Origin: Eledone cirrhosa | Taxonomy: Eukaryota | Assembly: GCA_964016885.1 (NCBI GenBank) | Contig: OZ024742.1 | Span: forward strand, 264,306,001 to 264,370,000 | Direction of reading: 5' to 3' | Length of the DNA: 64,000 bases | Part shown: piece by piece, positions 30,186 to 44,930 of the stretch | Layout: the number at the start of each line of letters is the position of its first letter | Numbering within the stretch: the stretch's first letter is position 1 | The notes under the pieces: model-generated | The model's input: the letters and a program-made list of their open reading frames with translations, nothing else | Databases searched by the model: none | Told to the model about the DNA's origin: nothing | Made by a program: the position numbers and the translations under genes

Positions 30186-31324
30186 TTATTTACATGCGTA
30201 TATATATACTTAACTATTGCATTCGCTCTTTATCAGTCTCTACATTGCTATAATTTTAAAGAAAGAGAAAGTGATATCCGAACGAGTATCCTCCACCTCC
30301 AACTAAATTACCTCCACCTCTAACTAAATTACCCTCCACCTCCAACTAAATTACCCTCCACCTCTGGGTCCCGGTCGACAGGATAGAGAATACATTGCCC
30401 CGCTCCACTTTGCGGGGCTGGCAGTTTCGGGCGGTCAACTCCGCTTCAATAGCAGTGATAAGGATGTGGTCCGGGAGCCAAGAACGCTGGAAGTCTCCGC
30501 TGCTACAGGCTCTACCACAAACCTATCAGGGAGACGCATATACTTGGACAGTTTGCCCTCTTCGGCTTGGCGGACTGCGGCGCCTGGGCTGGTAACCGAA
30601 CGCACCATGTTGCTACTAGAGTAGATGTCACAATATGTGGTATTCCAGATGTGGAGCCTACTCCTGCGGAACCGGAAGATTGTGATGCCGTCTGGCCTTT
30701 TGTCGTCTCCATTTATTACATATGTGTGTGTAACTACCGATGCTTTGTCTATATTTTACCGTTCTGGTCAATAAACACATTATAATTATCAAGAATACTG
30801 TTATTTTTATTAGAACGATGGATGAAAAGAATCGTTATAGAGTAGGCCAAAATACATTTAAGTACAGTAATTTACGTTCTGTGTTTAAATCAGCTTTGCC
30901 TTTCATCCTTCCAGGATCGATAAAATAAAGCACCTGTTATGGACTAATTCGCTTATAGGACTCTCCCGCTCTCTCACACACACAGATACACACAAACTGT
31001 GTAGCTGTGTGTCAATGTTAAAAATATTTCTTATGATTAAGAAATGTAGGGTCTTGGATTGACAGTAGAACGTCGGACAAAATGTTTTCTGATATTTAAG
31101 TTAGTTACCATTTTCTACGTTGACTTCAAATCTGGTCAAGCTATACATTCATCATTCCAGTGGTCGATACAATACATTACCAGTCACGCACGTGTCTTGA
31201 TATTATCGCTTTTCCCCTTCCTCGAAATTGCGGGCCTTATGCCAATGGTACAAAAAATTACAAGGGTGGTACATTGGTACAATCGTTTGTGTGTTAAACA
31301 AAATGGTTTACGTTATTTACATTG

Positions 31325-31519
31325 TAGGCGGTGGATTGGCAGTATCGGTAGAGGGTCAGACACCATGCTTTGCAGCATAGGGTTACGGCCCTTTACAATC
31401 TGAGCTCAAATCCCGCCGAGGTTAACTTTGCCTTTCATCCTTATAGGGTCGATAAAATAAAGTACCAGTAATGCACTGTGGTAATTGCTGGCCTTGCGCC
31501 AAAAGTAGAAACAGTTATT
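31325..31519 (+). mobile_element. SINE family 1, full length, amid older copies at 30860-31620
   Basis: Closely similar to 29121-29316. Confidence 0.85.
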
Positions 31520-31899
31520 TACATCGTGGGTTCAAATCCAGAAGACGTCCACTTTATCATTTATCTTTTCGGAGTTGCTATAAGAAAGGACCAGTCATGT
31601 ACTTGGGTCCAGTTAATCAACTATACCTCTAAATACCACAAAAATATTGCGGCCAATGATAGTATTGTTTTTATATCGTCTTGAAATGTTCACCCTCCCA
31701 CACACAACCATATACGTTATTGTTTTGTGTTGTTTCTATCTTGTTTTAGTTGCATTCTTCTTGTTGTTATTGTTTTACTTACTGTTACTTTTACTGTTGT
31801 TGCTGATGTTGTTTTATTTACTGACTCCTCTCAGCAGCAATTTTTTGAAGCAGAAAATCTTAACTTTCAAGTCACTGAACATATGCTGCTTTATTTAGA

Positions 31900-31914
31900 A
31901 AGTAGTAGTAGTTA

Positions 31915-31949
<35 letters not shown>

Positions 31950-32265
31950 ATAGTAGTAGTAGTAGAGTTGGTGGGGATGGTGGTCGAAGTGACGATTCTA
32001 TCGCAATACTGAAGGTAATATTAGTGGTAATGTTAGAAAGGGTAATCATTGCGATAGTGGTAGTGAAGTTGGGGAAATAATACCAATCGACTGATGTTGG
32101 TAGTGGGAGAGATGTTAGCAAGGAAGATGGTGAAAGTGGCATGGCTGGAAGCGGTGGTAATAGTTGTGGTGTAAATAAAGGTAGTAGTAGTAGTAGTAGT
32201 AGTAGTAGCAGCAGTAGTAGTAGTAGTAGTTGTAGTAGTAGTAGTATAGTGGTGGTGGTGGTGGT
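31900..32265. repeat. (TAG)n/(TGG)n simple repeat region
   Basis: Direct reading. Confidence 0.9.
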
Positions 32266-33561
32266 TTGGGGGCTGATGCTGTATGTAGACGTGAAGATAA
32301 TTCATGATTTTCAATAAGATTGTGGTGTAGGTAGAGTAGTGCTCCCACCCACTTGCGGCGGACATAAGACTGAAATAAGAGTTGCGTCCCTTTGTGACGG
32401 TAGTGACCCCTGGTGTCACCTACAGGAGGTAAAAGGAGTTACGTCCTCTTGGCCACTATAAGTAAGAGGCTGAAAGATCAACTCCTCTCTGTGTCGCTTC
32501 GCAACAGCCTCGTTAACAACACGCCAGAATGCAGAGCAAATCCTCAACTCACCAACAGCCTAAGGAGACTCCAGCCTGCTCACTATGAATGGTAAAATAT
32601 ATGTACGTCTCATTATTCACTTCTATGAAGTAAACCAGTATAAACACACACTGCTATCCTTATTCTTTATACAATTGTAACACAAATATGTTTACTAATA
32701 CAAACCCATTCTAAAGTAGTCATGATTATTGTTCTAGCGATAGTGAGGGGGTATTCATATGTCACAATGCATACCCGTTATCTTCATGACAAGACCCTAG
32801 ACTAGGGGTTGCTGAACCCTTATATGGTTTTTCCAAAAATCACGAAACCCATGTCTATAGATATTTTAGTAAATTTCATTAGATTGCATCTTATTTCATT
32901 GAACACTAGAATGTTTTGTGAAAGCATGCAATTCCTCGAGAATGCTGACTTAGACTATGATAGTTAATAATAATCTGTGGTTACACAAACTCCACATCAT
33001 CTATACCGTTGATTCGAAATTGAATTCATTTTTACAGGCTTATCGGCTTGCCTTGTCCAGTTCTATTTCGTATTCTCGTCCATCTTTCCTCAGATATGCT
33101 TCGAAGTTGATATAATATTTTCTTTATGGTGGTGTTTGAAAGAGATCATATATTAGTATAGTTGACACTTAAATGGATTTTTTGTAGAAACAGTATTACA
33201 GTTTTCCTTGGTTGTGGTGTTATGATATACGATGGCGTTAGTTTTTCATCAGTTATTCATAGAAGATGGCTCAATATTTTCATAACTACAGTTATCATCT
33301 GTTTTTCTTTTTTTATATTGCGCTGAAGGATTCAGCGAACTAAATTTTCTGATAGAAGAGTTTGTAAAATAATTGACTTTTATATTGTTTCTCTTGTGAG
33401 ATTCGTGTTGAACGGGGATTAAACCAGTTCATATTTCTTTAGTGTTTGAGTGATATACTATTGTTTTTGAAGTGGTTATAGGCAAGAGGTTAGTTCCACT
33501 TCTCATCCTCATGAACAGGTGTTTATACAAATCGGCACGCATACACGTGAGCATACACACT

Positions 33562-33623
<62 letters not shown>

Positions 33624-33764
33624 AGACAATGTTGCTGTCCACATTAGAGAATACTTATCAAGGTTTCTGTTTATGGAGGCAGAGTAGATTTGATCTAAGG
33701 TGTCTTGGTTACATGTGAAGAACATCGATATGAAAAGAATTAAGAATGAGTTGGTAATCATCAT

Positions 33765-34215
33765 CATTCATCATGTGGAGTTTTCTCGAACAACGTAAAT
33801 AATTATATTCCTCCACTTGTCCCTATCTAGTATGGCTTCCGCAAGTTCATTCTTTCTAAGATTTGTATCCTCACAAACCCGTTCCAGAAACGTAACATGA
33901 GGCTAACCTCTTTTTCTTTTACCATGCGTTGGTTCTCATACCAGTAACTGGTGTAATGCCTCTGCCTGATTTATTCGCCATACCTGACGTAGGAGACCGA
34001 GCCTTTTAGCCTTTGTGATGTCTGTAGTTGGTCTCAGGCCGCCGTATAGAGATTCATTTGTTTTGTGCTACTTCCAAGATACATTTTGTACTTTCCTCAG
34101 TAGTCTTGTATAAGTGCCATTTAACCGTCTTTCCATCTCTTTTGTGAGTGTCTAGCACTCCCCTCCATACACAAGCATACTTTCAACTTTTGATCCAATG
34201 AAGTTAACCTTTAGT
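33765..34215 (-). mobile_element. Decayed RTE LINE 3' fragment
   Basis: Minus-strand VESMLVYG..C*TLTK..RLNGTYTRLLRKV, homologous to the protein at 36660-36790. Confidence 0.6.
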
Positions 34216-35021
34216 TTGGAGTGCGTAATAATATCTGAATGGAAGAGAATGTTGTTAAAGGTGACAGCAAGAGCTTGTTGATGATCAAGTTGTTGAGTAT
34301 AGGCAACACAAATGGGCTCTAAATTAAATCAGAGTTAATGAAATGGTAAATCAGAAAAAAACTATTTTTGTGTACATTGCAAGATATCTTCTGACAGGAA
34401 GCTTCCGACACGAAAGATAAGAGTCGCATAACATTTTTAGGCCACCTGTTTAGCTAGAAGATTTAGAGTGAGGCAAAGTCAAATGATTTTCTGATATCAT
34501 GTACAGCGACATTATTTTCGCCAAATCATTTAATAGTAAGGGATCAGAGATGAATTACAAGAAAGGCCCTTATTTGATCAGGTTCTAAGAAAACCGTATT
34601 TGGGACTACTGGGGTGGGAAACGCTTTGGTGAAGGAAACTTTTAATTGTTTCCATTAGCTCCGGTGGAAATAAGACAGTTGGACAAATATTTGACTGGGT
34701 TTGAAAAGTTGCAATTCTTGAGGGTAGGACATAGTAACGTGATTCTAAAGATCAAAATGGAATGATTGAAGATTTTGGAGAGGATAGGGATTAACTCTGG
34801 GTGCATATTTTGATGGTAATGAAAGGGATTCTCCCGGCCTGTAAAATTCTTGGTTCGAAGTTGAATTGTTTTCAGGCTTGTGAAAAGCCTGAAAACACTT
34901 GAGTGGTGAAAGTGGGAAGCAATTTTTTGGGGGAAACATTTCATGATAGCCATCTCTGCGAGAGTAAATCATGCGGAGCTATCAAGTTTGCAGAGAGTGT
35001 GTGTGTGTGTGTGTGTGCGTG

Positions 35022-35085
<64 letters not shown>

Positions 35086-35409
35086 GGCGTGCGGGCGGGC
35101 GGGCGGGGGGCAGGTGGCATGAACTTTCCTTAAAATTGGTACAGATCCCTTTCAAAGAGATCAGGACTGGCTGCAGTGCAATCGAAGCCAAAACTATGTA
35201 GTAGCGTGGCTCTATCCTTAGTCTGCTCATTTCTGTGTATAGATATTTATTATTTTTCTTTCTTTTTCCTTACATATTTTAATTGTGATAGCTCTTAAAA
35301 TTTGCGAGTTTGCGTGCGTGTGTGCATGCATGTTTGTATCAATGTGTATATGTAGGTGTGTGTAGATGCGAGTTTAGAGTTTGCTTTTATTATGGATTGT
35401 TTGACAGAT

Positions 35410-37025
35410 TTCCTCCCAGTGATGGGGAAAGCTGGAAGCTAATAAACGAGATCACTAGGAAGAAATCTGTCAAACAAGCCATAATAAAAGCAAACTCTAA
35501 GGAAGATCGCATGAAGAAGTGGTACTCACACTTCAAGGAATTACTTGGAAAAGAGCCTAAAATTGTGGGTGAGATCGGCGAAATTACACTAGTGCTGAAA
35601 AGTCTGGGAATCTCAGATACACTCTTCACACCTGCTTAATACTCAATAGCCAAGAAGTCTCTGATGGAGAGGAGAGCCTTTGGCATCAGCCCGGAAGTTC
35701 TCAAGCATTGCAACCTTGATGACATGACGCTCGGCTATGTCAACAAGCTGATGGTCGGCGAGAAGCCTGACCAATGGTCAGAAAGCGATATAAAGCCACT
35801 ACCAAAGTCAGGTGATCTCGGCTATAGAAACAACTACAGGGGAATATCTTTGTCCTACATTGCAGCCAAATTGGCAAATCGAATGCTCTTCAACAGTATT
35901 CAACCAAACATCAATCCACAACTATGTTCGAACCAGAATGGCTTCCGACCAAGAACGACTATTGCGCCTATTCTTGCATTGAGGAGATTAATCGAGGGTG
36001 TCCAATCACACAACCTAAAGGCTGTCGTCTCATTTGTAGACTTTCGAAAAGCATTCGACAGCATCCACCGAGGGCGAATGCTCCAGATCCTGAGAGCATA
36101 TGATGTACCTGAAAAGATAGTTCAAGCTATAGGTCTGATGGACGAAGGTACTCGAGCTCGCGTGTTGACACCGGACGGAAACACTGATTACTTTGAGATT
36201 CTCGCATGTGTTCTCCAAGGCGACACGCTTGCACCCTTGCTATTTGCAATTGTTCTCTATTATGCAATGGGGCAGGCCATTCATGGGAAGAAAGAAGAGT
36301 TGGATTTCAAATTGGATCGAAGGTGAAGTTATCGTCACCATCCAAAAGTTGCCGCTGACACAGACTTCGCCAATGACATTGCCTTGATCATAAAGGAAAT
36401 CAGCCAAGCTCAAGCATTGCTCACACGTGTTGAAGTTGAATCAGGCAAAATAGGACTGCATCGCAATGCAAAGAAGACCGGAATCATGCATTACAATCAG
36501 CTCCAGTTCTTGATAAGGACGGTACAACAGATAAAACAGTGCATGGATGCACAGCTCATGGAAGGACTTTGAAGTTAGAAAAACATTAGCATGGTCGGCA
36601 TGTCACAAGCTACTGAAGGTGTGCAAGTCCCACCTAAACCGCACAATCAAGGAGCGCCTCTTCCTAGCAACTGTTGAGTCCGTCCTACATTACGGCAGTG
36701 AAACGTGGACTATTGACAAAGTGCTATGCAAGAGACTTGACGGATGTTACACGAGGATATTGAGGATGGCTCTCTACATTTCTTGGAAACAGAAGCCGAC
36801 AAATAAGGAACTATACAGATCCCTACCACCAGTCTAAAAAAAGTTGCCTGTAGACGAATGAAACTGGCTGGGCACTGTATCCGTCATCCAGGCCATTTCA
36901 TTCATTGATACCCAGCTGAGAGATGCCAACATTGTTAACATCGATGAACTGAGAAATGTCATTCTCGACTGGGATGATTGGAGAGAGCGTGCTGAATCTT
37001 TGCGAGTGTAAGCTCGGCTGAAGAA
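35410..37025 (+). mobile_element. RTE-clade LINE, RT pseudogene
   Basis: NYRGISL, NQNGFRP, FVDFRKAFDSIHR, VLQGDTLAPLLF, DFANDIAL, YGSETW. Confidence 0.9.
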
Positions 37026-37039
37026 GATGTGTGTGTATC

Positions 37040-37069
<30 letters not shown>

Positions 37070-37070
<1 letters not shown>

Positions 37071-38662
37071 ACTGGCTCATAAGACGTACATTATAATTAG
37101 CAAGTCATAATTGTGGGGGGTGTAAAGCTGCACATAGAAAATAGAAGCGTGTAAAATTAGACAATCGAAAACAAATATGTTGAAACCAAGCTGTTTTTTG
37201 AGAAAGCTGTTTAAAGAAAATATGAAGTTATTTAGGGTAAAATAAATTAATTTAAAATTGTATAATGTTTTTTGTTTTTTAATACTGACAAAAGATAAAC
37301 ATATTCTTTATGATGGGGGATTATATAAATCCGGAAAAAGACTACCTCCCAATGCTAAGCTAAATATTACAGCCAGTTTCCAATGCAATGTTTCCCTGTT
37401 TGAAAATGAAAATAGAAAGTGCAATTTTACAAGGAACCAATGATCTAATGCAGTTTATGAAGGTTAAAACGACATCTGTTTTTCAGACATAACGTCAGTA
37501 TATTAGTCAGTACATTTAATGAAACTTCTGGGGATGTAGGTTTGGTAAGAATTATGTCAATGACAATAATGTAATGAACTGAAGAACATAGGAAGTAATT
37601 AATTTAATATTTCAAATGAAGGCTTTATATAGGCTCTGGTTTAGAAGTAATTACTTCTTATAATCTCTGATGTATTAAATATGTTTCTTCTACACTAATT
37701 GCCACTTCAGTTCTAATTCCTTGCCAACAATAATGTACTGTCCAAATATTTCATGTGTTGCTGGCTGTTATATATACTTATATTAGAGAATTGATCTTCA
37801 TGAAATATATTTAATACAAGTAAGCCAAATAGATTCCAACCCTATTTGAATAATTACACCCATCGCAAGATTTCTCAGAACTGTCATCTAATAAAATAGA
37901 GATTACAACGATAGGTAAACGCTTTATTGCCCACTAATAATAAAACAATTGGGAGAAGAAAAATAACATTTTCAAAATGCCATAGATATGAAGTTACACC
38001 TCATATTACGAATAGCTTGATAATGAATCCATAATTTTTCTGATTTTAAACAGAATACAAATGTTTCTATCATATAGAAAGTGTACTCTAAAAATAAAAT
38101 ATTTTAAAACAAAGAGATACATATCTCTCCTACAAAAAAAAAAAAAATATTCAAAAAGCTATTTTAAATTTTCCATCACAAATGTTTGATCTTTCGATCA
38201 ATTTCTTCAGTAGATTTCTTTAGACTTTTCCAATGTAGTTAGTTTTGTTGGACAAAACTCTGTTTTGGTAATTGTAAAACATAATCTTATGTACGATTAG
38301 ACTAAAATATATTTCGGTTGTTACATTTTCATTATACCCGTCACAAAATACCCGTCTGCATCTCGCTATTCAGGATTCAGGGAGGGTAGAACAGTTTTAT
38401 CTCATCTTAGCCAGATACACTTGTGCACATAAGAACTCTTAATATATATATATATATATTATTATGCTTGAAACTACTAATGTTTGCTTCATTGAAACTT
38501 TCCAATATTTTCGTACTGAAACAATTAGAGTAAAGGTCAATCTCCTCGACGTTGTATATTTGATCAGTTGTACGATTAAATCCCGTGATAAGTGTATCTA
38601 CTGAGATGTTGTTCACTATATCCGATTCTGGCAGTACGGATTATTTTTTTCCAGCCATGTAC
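37070..38662 (-). mobile_element. Possible fossil DNA transposon (Sola-like)
   Basis: Only scattered minus-strand motifs such as SCDGCNYSNR; weak. Confidence 0.25.
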
Positions 38663-38667
38663 AATTA

Positions 38668-38713
<46 letters not shown>

Positions 38714-38717
<4 letters not shown>

Positions 38718-38829
38718 TTCCTTCGAATGAAACAGTTCTAGTCCTGTAGAAGTCATTTTTATATTAAATATTTATACTATGCTATGTATTGATTACCTTA
38801 CTTACTGTGGTTAACCCCGATTTAACCCG
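38714..38829 (+). mobile_element. Family F insert with 5'-truncated HHR between microsatellites
   Basis: (TA)n-TGAtttccttcgaatGAAACAGttctagtcCTGTAgaag; matches 49191 and 53336. Confidence 0.8.
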
Positions 38830-38864
38830 TCACACACACACACACACACACATACACACACACG

Positions 38865-39011
<147 letters not shown>

Positions 39012-40349
39012 GTATATATATATATGTGTATATATATGTATATATATATGTATATATATATATGTATATATATGGTGTATGTATGAGTGCGTGTGTTCGT
39101 GTGTGTGTGTGTGTGTGTCTGAGTGTTTGTGTGTGCATACGATATATATTTATAGAAGTACATCTCTGTTGTGACTTTCCTTAAATGCATGTGTAATATA
39201 AGAAAACATCGAAATCGAGGACAAATACGGACAAAAGTTTTTACGCCTTTTGCGAACTTACGCCATGTTCCGGGGTTTACTTTTACACAATATCACTTAC
39301 ACGGAGAAGTGTATATTTGCCTCTCTCTCTTTATCTAATGTTCTGTTTAGCTATCTTAATGTATGCTTACCGTTATTGTACTCTAGGTGAGGAATACACA
39401 AACATAGATAAATATGTTTATACACACACATATACGTACGTACGTACGTACGTACATACATACATACATACATACATACATACATACATACACACATACA
39501 TACACACATACGTAGGTACGTACGCGCATACAAAGGAGAAGCCTTTACATGATCGCTAAATATGTTAGAAATAACAGCCACATCTTACTGTATTGCCTGG
39601 AAATGACACTGAATAATGTAATCCTAGATATATCCATAAAAATATCAGCGTGGCTCTCCCGGAATGACCCTGATCACAGGAACCTCAGCATGCCTGGTTA
39701 GATGATTTTTGTTCAATGTCATTCTAACTTACCGGCATCTAACCTTACCTATGCATCTACAAAGGAAATCTATTTCCATCAAATTTCCATCCGTCTTTTT
39801 ATGTCATTCTGTCTTCCCTTTACATTCTTTTTCTCTTCTATTTTTACCATACAACCCTTTCTAAAACATAGGATAACTCATTTTCCTGTTTTCGTGTTAT
39901 CTTTTCAATTCCGTTATTCATTGTATGTATGTATATATCTATGTATATATGTATGTATGTATGTTTGTGTTTTCCTCACTTAGAGTACAATAACAGTAAG
40001 AATACATAAAGATAGCTAGAGAGAACATTAGATAACGGATCGCGCGGTTAAACCACTGGGAGTGAAGGACCCCTAGGCTTTGTCAGGGCATTCTTCTGGG
40101 AGAAGGCAACTCAGGAAACTGGGATAACTCCGACATAAAACCTGCGGCTCAGTAGTTACCGATGATGTTGATCTTTTCTTCTTTTCGGGTCATAGCTACT
40201 GTCGCTCAGAGAGTGGGATTGGCTCAGTGAACACTCATTCCTCACTTTAAAAAAATCTTCACGCACAGGCATTGCACGATAGCTTAATTGATAATTATTA
40301 ATAATATTATATTGTTCAATGGCCATACTCGATAATGAGGGGGCAGCCA

Positions 40350-43300
40350 TTATGTATGTATGTATGTTCTTCTGGTTTTATAATTTCACAATTTTTTTCC
40401 CAATAAAGAGAGTCGGTTTCTAACATAGACACAAGACTCTCTCATTGGAATTTACACAACATCAACTAGGTAGATTATGTATGCATGCATGTGTAGATAT
40501 GGATGTTATTGTATGTGTGGATGTGGATGTTTTGAGTTGTATGTGTGCATGTGTATATGCTTTGCATCTGTACATGTGTATATGCAGTTATTAGATGCAA
40601 AATGTTTGGAATGTTTTACATATTTTTACTGTTCCATTAATGGATTGTACTTGTAATTTCCTAACTAGTTGTGTTATTTCTGTTCCTGTGAAGCCTAGCT
40701 TCTCAAGATTTGTATTGAGGCAGTTACTAACATACCCCAGTGCCCCAATATTCACAGGCATAAATATGAAGGTGTAATCAGGGTGGATTATCTGCAGATT
40801 TCTCATCAGTTCTTCATAAATATTCTCCTTTTCGCTAATCTTTGATATTATATTGGCATCTGTTGGGCAGCTAATTTCCACTACTGTGCATGCTTTCTTC
40901 TCCCTGTCCCATATTATAATATCTGGTTTGTCATGCCTGCATTTTATTGGGGTTTTTACTGGAACATTCCACCAGTACTCTTTCATATTATGTACATGGA
41001 TGTCTTCCACATTGCTGTAGCGTTTAATGTGTTTATTATCGGGGCTATCTTTTTTACGAACTGCATTGTACAGTATTTGGGCCACTACAACATGCCTCAT
41101 AGGTAGTTAGAACTGCGATGACATCTTTGAACAGCTGCTGATGACATTGATGATATCCTCGATGTTAGTTCTGCGGAGTCTGCACTTGTTATCACATATA
41201 GGTGTTTTGCCTGCATCCCTATCTCTTTTGTGAATCAGGTATTTCGTGTTAATCTCCTGTTCTTGGATTGCAAAAGCGTATCTTTTAAAGTGGGAGCCAA
41301 TATAGCGGTTGTTGACTACTTCCCTTATCTATATTACTCTCACTCTGGAGCTTCCTGGCAACATATCCATGCATGATTTTTTGCTGATAAGCATGCAGTT
41401 TCTCATCCATGATACTGCTGAGCGACATCCTGCGATACTGCTGAGCGACTTCCCTGGGTGTGAGATTTTGATTATCACACAGGGAATATCTCTCGAGGAG
41501 TTCCTTCCCAACTCTCATGATCTTATCTGTTTCATGCAGATAGACTTGCTCGAGAAACGGATTCCTACGCTTCGAGGTTCGTAGATGTTGTCGAAGAGAT
41601 ATGATGCGACATTCAAATGTTGTCTGGACTGATATTTGGCCTCTGCCTCCCTGCTTACGTTTCAAGTAAAGGCGGTCTATGTCACTGTTGATGTGGAGGT
41701 TTCCGGTGTTGTTTAGTATTTTTCGAGTTCCAACATCAACTGCTCGGTTTTCGTCTATCGTCCAATTGAGTATTCCATACGTTGGTGTTAGGACAGGCAC
41801 AGCAAACACATTGCGAGCCACTGTTTTGTTTTGCGCAGAGAGTTCCGATGAGCAGATCTTTCTTAATCGGGTGTAGTATTCCCTGGTTACGCGTTCTTTA
41901 TTACAGATACCATTATAGGATATGTTCTCATCTACTCCAAGTTATTATCTGTAGCAGTCCTCATCAGATATAGGTGAAACAGTTAGGCCATTGATGACAA
42001 TGTTGCTAGATTGGGTTGTTGTTTTTCCCCGATTTACAGTCATATTTTTGAGCATTTATCTTGGCCAAATTCCATTCCTATATCCTTTGAGAACGTTGTA
42101 ACCAGGTTAAGATTTTTCTTCATCCCATCTATGTTCTTGGCATAGAGTTTCAGATCTCATCCACAAAGAAATTATGGGTTAGGTTCGTATTTATGTCCTT
42201 CTGTGAGCCTCACATTATATCCCTCACATTTCTTGAGCAAAAAGGACAAGGGGTTTAATGACAAGATGAATAATATCACAGAGAGACTGTCTCCTTGAAA
42301 TATACCCCTGCAATATTTTATTTTATCAGTGAAAATAGAGTCCTCCCTCTCTGTCTTTAACCTTAGGATAGAATCCCAAGAAGAAGACAGCCTCTCTATG
42401 GCTCTTACAATAATGACTGGGACTTTAGCAAGAGTAGGGAACAGAATCGAAAGCTTTCCTGTAGTCCAGCCAGACTGTAGCATATTCCCCCTAAGTTGTC
42501 GCACCTCCGACATCGCAGTTTTGTTGATTAAGAGTTGTTCAGCATATCCCTAAACCCCTTTCTTTCCAGCTGCTTGTTCATCTGTAATGATGTTATTATT
42601 TTCACAGTGATCTTGGAGGAATAGATTCAGGCAAGCTGTATACATCTTATACATCAGGTTCTGGCATGCAATGGGTCGGTAGTTTTTTGCCAAGTGGGTG
42701 TCTTTGTTCTTGGGGACTAGTAATGTTTGTGCTAATGTCAACCATTCTGGTATAAGTGTATCCCCCTTAAGAACTTGTTGGTATAGGTCAGTAAGATACC
42801 TCCGATAGAATATTAGTTTTTTGTACCAGTAGCCGACAATCATGTCTCTTCCTGGTGTTTTCTTATCTTGGAGTTTTCCTATCACAGTCTCAAGGGTACC
42901 CTCACTTATTTCGTATGTTTTTGTTGTAGTGTAGGAGCAAAAGTTCTTTCGGATTTCTCTTAGCCACACTGCATCTTGGTTGAAATTCTTCTTTTCACGC
43001 CATATTTTGCTCCAAAAGGAATCTATGTCTTTCTGGGATGGGGCCTCAGTGACACTTATTATTTTGTTCTTCATATCTCTATTTTCGCTAACAGCTCTCA
43101 AATCTTGTTTGAGGGTGATCATTTTATATTGAAGAGTTCTGGTTCTACTGTTACCAAACATCGTCTCTATTTTATTTTTCACTCTTTGTTGGTGAGGAGT
43201 GAGGTTCTTTTGTGTTTGTTTGCATGTAAGGAGCATTGTCACATATCCTATGGTTTTTCGTAGGTCAGCAATATTTTTTTCTATTTTAGTTATATATGAT

Positions 43301-43400
43301 GGTATTTTTGGTGGTGTTCTGTTCTTGTTAATATCTATGCTATCACCAAGATAATACTTCACTGTCGTTGCTAAGGCATATAAACAGGCGTTAATTTTCC
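40350..43400 (-). mobile_element. R4/Dong-clade non-LTR retrotransposon (RT plus restriction-like endonuclease), frameshifted
   Basis: NYRPIAC, RGIFQGDSLSVILF, RH..VA..Y, KPDIIIWD..VVEISCP; 3' UTR 40350-40590. Confidence 0.9.
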
Positions 43401-43809
43401 AAAATGTATGTATGTATGTATCTAGGAGAAGGAAAACTCTGATATAACACCTGCAACCCTGATGGTATCCAATGATGTTGACTTGTTCTTCTTTTTGGTA
43501 AATATCATCTTGGTTAAGAGAGTGGGATTGGCTTTGTGCAGTGCCTTTGCTCTCTATAAAAGCTTCACGGCACAGGCATTGCTTTATATCTGGAGATCTC
43601 TCTGCACTTGTCGTCACATGGTACCATGGGCCTAGCACTATGTGTCAATAATTGTCACAAGTGTAGTGTTTGTACCAGAGTTTTCAAGTCGCTGGCTGGA
43701 CGAAAAAGTCACACTCGTTTAGCGCATCAGTAGGGGTTCTCCTACATGGATATAAAGTATTGGCCGTACTCGAAAACGAGTTGGCAGCCACCATGTATCT
43801 ATGTATGCC

Positions 43810-44100
43810 AGAATTCTTCTGAATCGACTGCTGATACACATTGCACCTAACATTCTGCCGGGATCTCAGTGTGGTTTCCGTCTATATCAGGGCAATGCAG
43901 ATATGGTCTTCACTATATGACATGCAGGAGAAGTGTAAGGTGCAGTAGCTTGATCTGTAAAATTGCTTTATTGATCTCATGAAGGGTTTTTACACAGTCA
44001 AACCCTTTGGAATATACTTTTGAAGTTGGGTTGTCCTGAGAAGTTCACTTTTATTGCATGATGATTAAGAGTGTGAGTTTGTGTTAATGGTAACCTGCTC
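43810..44100 (+). mobile_element. RTE LINE RT fragment
   Basis: ILPGSQCGFR..DMVFT..QEKC..FIDL. Confidence 0.7.
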
Positions 44101-44856
44101 GCTCTGACTTTCTTTGTCATCTTTGCAGTTGTTTTGATAAAAGCATTTACCAACACCGATGTTCGCATATATTTATATAGGTTATTGAACATCGGGAAGG
44201 ATCTGTGATATCTGTGACATCTGTTGCCAAAGTCCCACTCTCATATTACGGTCTTTGATATACATCACCTTCTCCCACTTTCATTTCGGTGGAGATTAAT
44301 ATGAGCAAAGAAGAGTGATGCTACCGGCTATTGAATAAGGACATACCGAAGCCGTCCTCCTGTACACAGATTTGTGATGGAAGATTCGTAGAGTAATAAC
44401 CGGTGATGATGATGGTATTGAATAGAAACAGTTCTAATGCCATTCCTTCGTCATGGGGCAGTGTGCTACTGTGAATAGGAAAACAGGTGAGTGATAAGTA
44501 AAAGAATAAAGAAGCGAGCAGTAAATAGATTCTTAACAAGAATATAATCTAAGTGTGAGACATAAATGTTGATATATTTTACATTCCATCCTCCATACTC
44601 CACCCTGACCACAATTTTAAGGTCAGTTTTGTCACGATTACATACATTGTCTAACAATGCTCCTCCACGTAAAGATGGGTAACTTCTTGGCGTTGGTGTT
44701 TTCCCCTTCGCCATATATTTTCCTAGGTTTCCCTCTTATACAGGCTCCATAGTCTTCGGTGCTTCTTTATACCACGGATATTCTCCGTACGTATCACATG
44801 CCCGCGCCAGTGCAGTCTTCTCAGCTCATTTGTTCTCCATTGTTCATTCACACTAA

Positions 44857-44930
<74 letters not shown>

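Noticed and set aside
30289-30790. Three 21-22 bp tandem repeats followed by a GC-richer block ending in aataaa (CRISPR or solo LTR?)
   Set aside because: No spacers; TG..CA termini and TSD not established
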